Source: Proteromonas lacertae (lineage: Eukaryota). From it: DNA of 40,969 nt. Below, piece after piece: positions 35,794-40,969 of the stretch (within the stretch, counting starts at the first letter, position 1; the number at the start of each line of letters is the position of its first letter). The notes under the pieces were generated by a model. The model was not told the DNA's origin and did not search any database. It worked only from the letters and a program-made list of their open reading frames with translations. Location: NCBI GenBank assembly GCA_002245135.1, contig NGBS01000904.1, positions 1 through 40,969 on the forward strand. Reading direction: 5' to 3'. The position numbers and the translations under genes were made by a program.

Positions 35794-37080
35794 ATGTTTA
35801 GCACTAATAGTTACGATCCACATTTATACAGCTCATATAGCAACCAAAACCCATATCCTGTCAAACCGTTACCTACAAATGGTAACTTATCACTTGCAAC
35901 ATATATTAACCATGGAGCACCGAATATTACACATCCAACAAGAGAGGCTTCGTATGAAGACCAAATGTCAAACCAAATTGCCCAATATCGATCACGCTTA
36001 GATGAACTATATAAAAAATATTATTACCTTAATGAAAATGAATTTATCAAAATGACACAACATTTGTCTAGTATAAATGATATAGCTCCACCACCAGATG
36101 TAGTACGTGAATACTTAAGGAGACAACCTGGAAAACAAATTGTTGATTTCAAATATAAAAAAAATAATCCATTCGCAACTATCAAAAAGCCTGGGTACTT
36201 CCAAATGGATATAGTGTTTTTCTTACCTGATATGGAACATTTGTATTTTATCGAAATGAATTCAAGAAAAGTATGGGCAATATTTATGCCTAATAAATAT
36301 GGTGATATTACATTGGATGCATTTCAGAAGTGGTATTATGAAACAGATGCCTATGGAAACAAAACACATAAAAATGTGGTAAGTATCCTATCAGATGCTG
36401 ATGCTAGTTTTTCAAATATCAAGAAGTTATGTGATGCTGAAGGAATATCATATTTTCAAAAAGATGGTTCTGAGCATAAAATAGAGTCATTATTGGATAG
36501 ATCAGTGAGTGTGATAAAAAGATTGTTGTACAAACACTTGGTGGATCTGGGATATGATGCACCTACATATATGGCAGATATTGATCACAATGATAAGCAT
36601 ATTATACCAGATATGAATTATAAATTAAAACTCGATAGTATAATACAGGAAGTGATAGATGACTATAACAACAAGCCATTACCAGGAATTAAAGGATATA
36701 CACCAAATGAGGTATTCCATAGTCCAGAATTACAAAAACAAATATTACAAAAATCAATTAACTACAACTTAAAGAATTATGAAAAATTGGACCATACTGG
36801 TCAAAATTTCGAAGTAGGTGATTTGGTGAGATTCAAAGAGAGAAGACGTAAAATGGATAAGAACATATACTGGTCAGACAATGTATATAAGATAATCAAG
36901 AAAAATCGATATTCATACAATTTAGGTGATATCAATGGGAATGACATTCAAGGTTTTTCATTAATTCGATTCAAACACTATGAGTTGCAGTTAGTGAGAA
37001 AAGATGATGCACCAACCACATGGTTTAGAAAAATACTGGAGAGACCCAAGAGAAAGAAGGGAGACAAATCAATATTGTAA
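35794..37080 (+). CDS. Polinton-type retroviral-like (rve) integrase
   Basis: FQMDIV (D1), ILSDAD (D2), SLLDRSVSVIKR (third acidic position), YNNKP...IKGYTP and C-terminal FEVGDLVR...WSDNVYKI...Y.L.D..G..I.G...ELQLV as in Polinton integrases. First ATG used. Confidence 0.88.
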   Translation: MFSTNSYDPHLYSSYSNQNPYPVKPLPTNGNLSLATYINHGAPNITHPTREASYEDQMSNQIAQYRSRLDELYKKYYYLNENEFIKMTQHLSSINDIAPPPDVVREYLRRQPGKQIVDFKYKKNNPFATIKKPGYFQMDIVFFLPDMEHLYFIEMNSRKVWAIFMPNKYGDITLDAFQKWYYETDAYGNKTHKNVVSILSDADASFSNIKKLCDAEGISYFQKDGSEHKIESLLDRSVSVIKRLLYKHLVDLGYDAPTYMADIDHNDKHIIPDMNYKLKLDSIIQEVIDDYNNKPLPGIKGYTPNEVFHSPELQKQILQKSINYNLKNYEKLDHTGQNFEVGDLVRFKERRRKMDKNIYWSDNVYKIIKKNRYSYNLGDINGNDIQGFSLIRFKHYELQLVRKDDAPTTWFRKILERPKRKKGDKSIL

Positions 37081-37131
37081 CGAATAAATTTTTATTATGT
37101 TATATATTGTATATGTTGTTTTATTATTATT

Positions 37132-37328
37132 GGGCATTGGATAGACTAGCTACGATGAGGGCTGCGTTTCTAATTTATAATTATTTATTTATTTATTTAT
37201 TAAATTAATTTCACAAGGAATTTATGGAAGTTTAATAATTTCTACTTGGATGTGTGTTGTTTAATATTGCGCCATTGAAATTCGGCTTGAATCATCCTGG
37301 CACGGTATATCTAAATGCCCTTTTTTTT
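37132..37328 (+). ncRNA. Putative Pol III panhandle ncRNA 1 (VA-RNA-like, ~190 nt)
   Basis: 5' and 3' arms are complementary: GGGCATT/AATGCCC, GGATA/TATCT, GCTA/TGGC, GATGA/TCATC, GGGCTG/CGGCTT. Degenerate B-box GGCTTGAATCA (37284-37294), followed immediately by T8. Confidence 0.6.
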
Positions 37329-37336
37329 ATTTAATT

Positions 37337-37431
37337 GGGATCTGATAGACTGTGCAAGGAAAAAAGAGTCATGCAGCTGGCATTAGTGGTTCGATTCCTA
37401 GCACAGACTATTAGTAATCCCATTTTTTTTT
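37337..37431 (+). ncRNA. Putative Pol III panhandle ncRNA 2 (VA/vault-RNA-like, ~85-90 nt)
   Basis: GGGAT/ATCCC, CTGATAG/CTATTAG, CTGTGC/GCACAG and AGGAA/TTCCT pairings; perfect B-box GGTTCGATTCC (37388-37398); T9 two bases after the closing CCC. Confidence 0.72.
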
Positions 37432-37493
37432 AATTTCTTTTTTTTTAAATATTTTATTATACATATACATATAGTATATTCTATTTTTTATAT

Positions 37494-37901
37494 ATGCTTA
37501 CACTACCACCACAGATTGAATATAAATTACCAGAACTTGAATCCAAGGTAACAAAGAAATATCATTTAAGTGGTCCAGACATATACTTGGATTTGTATAG
37601 CCTACAATTCCTTATATTTTTTTATTATCGAAAACCTATATATCAATGGTATTTTGAGTTAACACACAAAATGATTAACATGATCATGAGTCAACGTTTG
37701 ATATTAGTGTTTGTAGGTCCTTGTGACTTAGGAAATAGAGATTATCCGAAAGTTACATATACACCAACAATGAAAAAAGTAATCATTAGAATGCCACAAA
37801 GATGTTTTAATGGTAAGATGCCAATATTCTTCAAATGTACTCATATGGATAGAGAGATGATAGAATATATTGAAACTCATACAATATTTCACCACACATA
37901 A
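37494..37901 (+). CDS. Hypothetical protein, 135 aa
   Basis: ATG-initiated ORF between very AT-rich spacers; no motif recognised. Confidence 0.5.
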   Translation: MLTLPPQIEYKLPELESKVTKKYHLSGPDIYLDLYSLQFLIFFYYRKPIYQWYFELTHKMINMIMSQRLILVFVGPCDLGNRDYPKVTYTPTMKKVIIRMPQRCFNGKMPIFFKCTHMDREMIEYIETHTIFHHT

Positions 37902-37961
37902 CAAAACAGAAAAAAAAAATAATTAAGTAATAATTTTATATTATATATATATATATATATA

Positions 37962-40712
37962 TTATATTAATCCAAATTGTTTTTTCATTAACCTAATTTT
38001 TGCTTCACCCACTATTGTATTATAGTCAGTAGCCTTTTTGAAACTACACTGATCTCTTAAAATATTTTTCAAAAAATTAATAGCAAAAAAACCACAGTTG
38101 GCAGTATTTGAATTTTGATTCTGTACTCCATTGATTTTAAGTTCATACTTTTCATTATGATACTTCTTTAATTTTTTCAAATTTTTTTTAAATTCTTCCA
38201 AGTGTTGAGGATCTTCACCAAATGAATCATAGTACAGGAATTGTTTCTTGATATTGTCAACTACTAAGGCCACCCAATGACCTATAGAATCAGGGCTAGC
38301 TTGTGTGGTGAGTGTATTGATTATGATTCCCCATTGATTCTTCTTTTTGGGTATAGGAAGTACAAGCTCGTCCCAGCAGAACACTCCCATGAACTTTCCA
38401 TGGAAATTATTGAACTCATTTTTCACAATTAACTCTATATCAAAGTTCGATAAAGCATCTGAAGTGATACTGTTATACAAAACTTTCCTACGTGAAATTA
38501 ATTTCTTTACTTTTTTATTATTTCCATTACCTATTCCAAAGTAACTCATAGCTTCACTGAGTTGTTTTGCTTGATCTAAATTACTCACTGCTCTACCAAA
38601 ATTAGTGAGTGAACTTGGAATTGTTTGTTGTGAACGTTTCACGTAGTTATCCATTTTGATTGCATTCTTGTGTTGATATGGTGTTGGTTTTAACCAATTC
38701 AATAAACCACCTGCATCTAGCAAACCAAAACAAGCAGTCAATGCACTGAATACTGTTCCTATACCTGCAACAGTTTGTAATGTACCTGTTGGATCAGCTG
38801 CAACAGCAGTTTTTGCCATTGATGGCATAGCTTTTGATAATTCACTAATACCTTTAACTGCTGCTGCAGCAGTTGTTGCATCACCTCCATTTGCAGCTGC
38901 AGCTACAGTTGCTGCTGTTTTTAATGTATCACCTACATTTTTTGCATCTATATTTCCAATATTAGAAAATTTGTAGAAGAATGGAACTAATTGAAATAAG
39001 TATCGAACATATGGATGAGTATTGAACATAAATGAAACACCAAAGTTATACAACAAGTCTACAGGTAACCATGATTTTTGAATTGCTTCAGGTAACATTG
39101 ACTTAACTTTTTCTGAATTACCATAATACAAGTCAGTGATAGCAGGTAATCTACCACCTGACAGCATACGAATTATCTCATAGTAGTCGAAAATGAAGTA
39201 CCACATTACATACAAGAACCCTGATGTTGGTAGTTTAGATTTTTTCCATAACCAATAAGCTAAACATGTCATTACTATTGCACGAACATACTTCATTGCA
39301 TGATCTACTTCAAACATTTGAGGAGTAACTCCACCTACCAAATATGACTTCATTGTATAGTATATTTGTGGAAATATCCTAAATACATTCTCTACACACA
39401 GGAACAAATTACCAGCAAAACCCATAAAATCAGATTCACGTAATGAATCAAGTGCTTTTTGAAACTGTGAATTTTCAAATTGTGCCCATGAATTACAAGC
39501 AGTTTTCACTAAACCAATAGCTATTTCATATTTTTGTTTATTATCTGCATTCACCCACTCTTGAGGAAGTGAGTGACCTAACTTCTCTCTGTTATAATCA
39601 AAGTTAATGAAATCTCTACTATTTTGTGATGCTATTTCATTCAGTTCTCTATATTTATCTTCATTAATCCATGTATGCGGTTCTTTATCTATATCTATAG
39701 CACTATTCACCAGTTCTTGATTTTTTGGATCTAATGCCCATCTATAAAATTTTGATCTTTCTAATATCTCTTGATCATCCATATATCTTTGTGCCTTTTG
39801 ATTATTCAATGCAATATATTCTTTTACTTTTTCAGCTCGATTCGGATCAAAATTATATGGATCTGAATATTGATTGATCTTACTTACTCCATCAACTAAT
39901 TCATTTTGCAAATACTCCTGCTGTAATAATAGTTTGTTATAATATTCTATTGCATCTTTATCATTACCTGTTAATTTATCCCAAGTTGAGGTCAACCAAT
40001 CTTGTCTATAATTTTTATAGGCTGCTAATTGAGGATTCTTTTCTATAATCTCTTGCAATGATTTATAATTTTGTAATTTAGGAAATTTTTGTAACAAAGG
40101 ATCTGTAACTCTATTCATTCCATTATCATATGCCTGAACATCTGCTTCTGTAACATATTCAGGCCAATTCAAAAGATAGCTTCTTGGATTAGATGTATCT
40201 AATTCTGCTAATGGGAATGTTCCTCTTAAATGTCCTGTTTTATGTTCACGATCTAGCATATCATAAAAATTAATATGATAATTGTTAGGCAACATTGAAG
40301 CATAATTATTAGTTAATGCATATTGAACTTCTTTTCGAGCTTGTCTATTCAAACCTGGACTAAATAATTTATCATAATTCCAATTATAATCATATCCTAC
40401 AGTTTCTTTTGGTATATATGGTTGAATATATTCTGGTATTTGACTTGGCTGTAATTGTGATGTTCCATTATAAGCAGCACTAGCAGCATCATACATTTGT
40501 TGTCTTGGATTAGTAATAATGACATGCTCATTAGGACCAACACTTTGACCCACTCTTAATGGTATAATACCACTATTACCACCTAATTTCTTAGTAGCCA
40601 AGAGATGCCTCCGTGGGATATTCTCTAATTTTAGTTTATTTCTTCTGTTTATGTTTCTTATGTTTGAAATGAACATGTTTTCTTCTACCTGAACCTGTCT
40701 TTGGATATCCAT
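37962..40712 (-). CDS. 916-aa protein with C-terminal adenain/Ulp1-like cysteine protease (Polinton PRO) and a long unknown N-terminal region
   Basis: The last ~165 aa read FMGVFCWDEL...IINT...GHWVAL...YYDSFG...QNQNSNTANCGFFAINFL (His-Asp-Gln-Cys set). The upstream region has hydrophobic and Ala-rich helices. Confidence 0.85.
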   Translation of the reverse strand: MDIQRQVQVEENMFISNIRNINRRNKLKLENIPRRHLLATKKLGGNSGIIPLRVGQSVGPNEHVIITNPRQQMYDAASAAYNGTSQLQPSQIPEYIQPYIPKETVGYDYNWNYDKLFSPGLNRQARKEVQYALTNNYASMLPNNYHINFYDMLDREHKTGHLRGTFPLAELDTSNPRSYLLNWPEYVTEADVQAYDNGMNRVTDPLLQKFPKLQNYKSLQEIIEKNPQLAAYKNYRQDWLTSTWDKLTGNDKDAIEYYNKLLLQQEYLQNELVDGVSKINQYSDPYNFDPNRAEKVKEYIALNNQKAQRYMDDQEILERSKFYRWALDPKNQELVNSAIDIDKEPHTWINEDKYRELNEIASQNSRDFINFDYNREKLGHSLPQEWVNADNKQKYEIAIGLVKTACNSWAQFENSQFQKALDSLRESDFMGFAGNLFLCVENVFRIFPQIYYTMKSYLVGGVTPQMFEVDHAMKYVRAIVMTCLAYWLWKKSKLPTSGFLYVMWYFIFDYYEIIRMLSGGRLPAITDLYYGNSEKVKSMLPEAIQKSWLPVDLLYNFGVSFMFNTHPYVRYLFQLVPFFYKFSNIGNIDAKNVGDTLKTAATVAAAANGGDATTAAAAVKGISELSKAMPSMAKTAVAADPTGTLQTVAGIGTVFSALTACFGLLDAGGLLNWLKPTPYQHKNAIKMDNYVKRSQQTIPSSLTNFGRAVSNLDQAKQLSEAMSYFGIGNGNNKKVKKLISRRKVLYNSITSDALSNFDIELIVKNEFNNFHGKFMGVFCWDELVLPIPKKKNQWGIIINTLTTQASPDSIGHWVALVVDNIKKQFLYYDSFGEDPQHLEEFKKNLKKLKKYHNEKYELKINGVQNQNSNTANCGFFAINFLKNILRDQCSFKKATDYNTIVGEAKIRLMKKQFGLI

Positions 40713-40962
40713 CTAAAGACATACCAAATAAACCATAATTTACTTTAGGCCATAAATGATATTCACTACCCATACCATTAATTAAATTACACACATCTGA
40801 TCGTGCTTCTGGAACACTATGACCACATTGATATTTGAAATAATGTAAGTAATCTGCCAATTGATCTATTGTTCCACCATAGCTGGAATACTTTGATATA
40901 ATATCTAATGGCAATCCTACATTTTTACATACATTTTCTAAATCTTGTTTTGTATTATTCAT
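40636..40962 (-). CDS. Small protein with GSG plus highly basic tail (candidate virion core/DNA-binding protein)
   Basis: 108-aa ORF ending KTGSGRRKHVHFKHKKHKQKK, overlapping the start of the 916-aa ORF. The function is an inference. Confidence 0.4.
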   Translation of the reverse strand: MNNTKQDLENVCKNVGLPLDIISKYSSYGGTIDQLADYLHYFKYQCGHSVPEARSDVCNLINGMGSEYHLWPKVNYGLFGMSLDGYPKTGSGRRKHVHFKHKKHKQKK

Positions 40963-40969
40963 AACCCAT

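Larger units (their letters stand above)
34373..40969. mobile_element. Element C: Polinton/Maverick-like segment (integrase + adenain-like protease), left end probably at 34373, running off the window
   Basis: Carries the Polinton hallmark genes INT and PRO and starts at a palindrome that coincides with the truncation of pPolB B. The partner terminus is not visible. Confidence 0.7.

Noticed and set aside
37337..37431. tRNA gene suggested by GGTTCGATTCC
   Set aside because: No cloverleaf could be built (no T-stem closure, D-arm or anticodon arm); the sequence folds as one panhandle.
37595..37630. Possible 36-nt intron in the 135-aa ORF
   Set aside because: Starts with GT but ends in CG rather than AG, and is not needed to keep the frame.

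Overview
Eukaryotic, very AT-rich DNA with short (26-52 nt) GT-AG introns, from a flagellated protist. The surface-protein family and intron size suggest a Blastocystis/Proteromonas-type stramenopile (inference only). Bases 1-23.3 kb are host genes: a frameshift-ridden modular surface protein, two paralogous BTB-BACK genes, a histidine acid phosphatase and a DNAH1-like axonemal dynein heavy chain. Bases 23.4-41 kb are a nest of Polinton/Maverick-related DNA in three parts. (A) A discrete, GC-richer 7.4-kb element with ~57-bp hairpin-containing TIRs, flanked by TATATA. It encodes an intact protein-primed PolB (TP-vOTU-HNH-exo-pol) and orphan ORFs, but no recognisable integrase, capsid or ATPase. 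(B) An AT-rich, frameshifted, 3'-truncated pPolB gene at whose 5' end A sits. (C) A segment beginning at a 33-bp palindrome that cuts off B. It carries an intron-containing orphan gene, a Polinton-type integrase, an adenain-like protease fused to a ~750-aa N-terminal region, and two tandem GGG...CCC-oligo(T) panhandle units (one with a perfect Pol III B-box) resembling adenovirus VA RNAs or vault RNAs. The best novelty candidates are the tandem putative Pol III ncRNAs and the polymerase-only TIR element.
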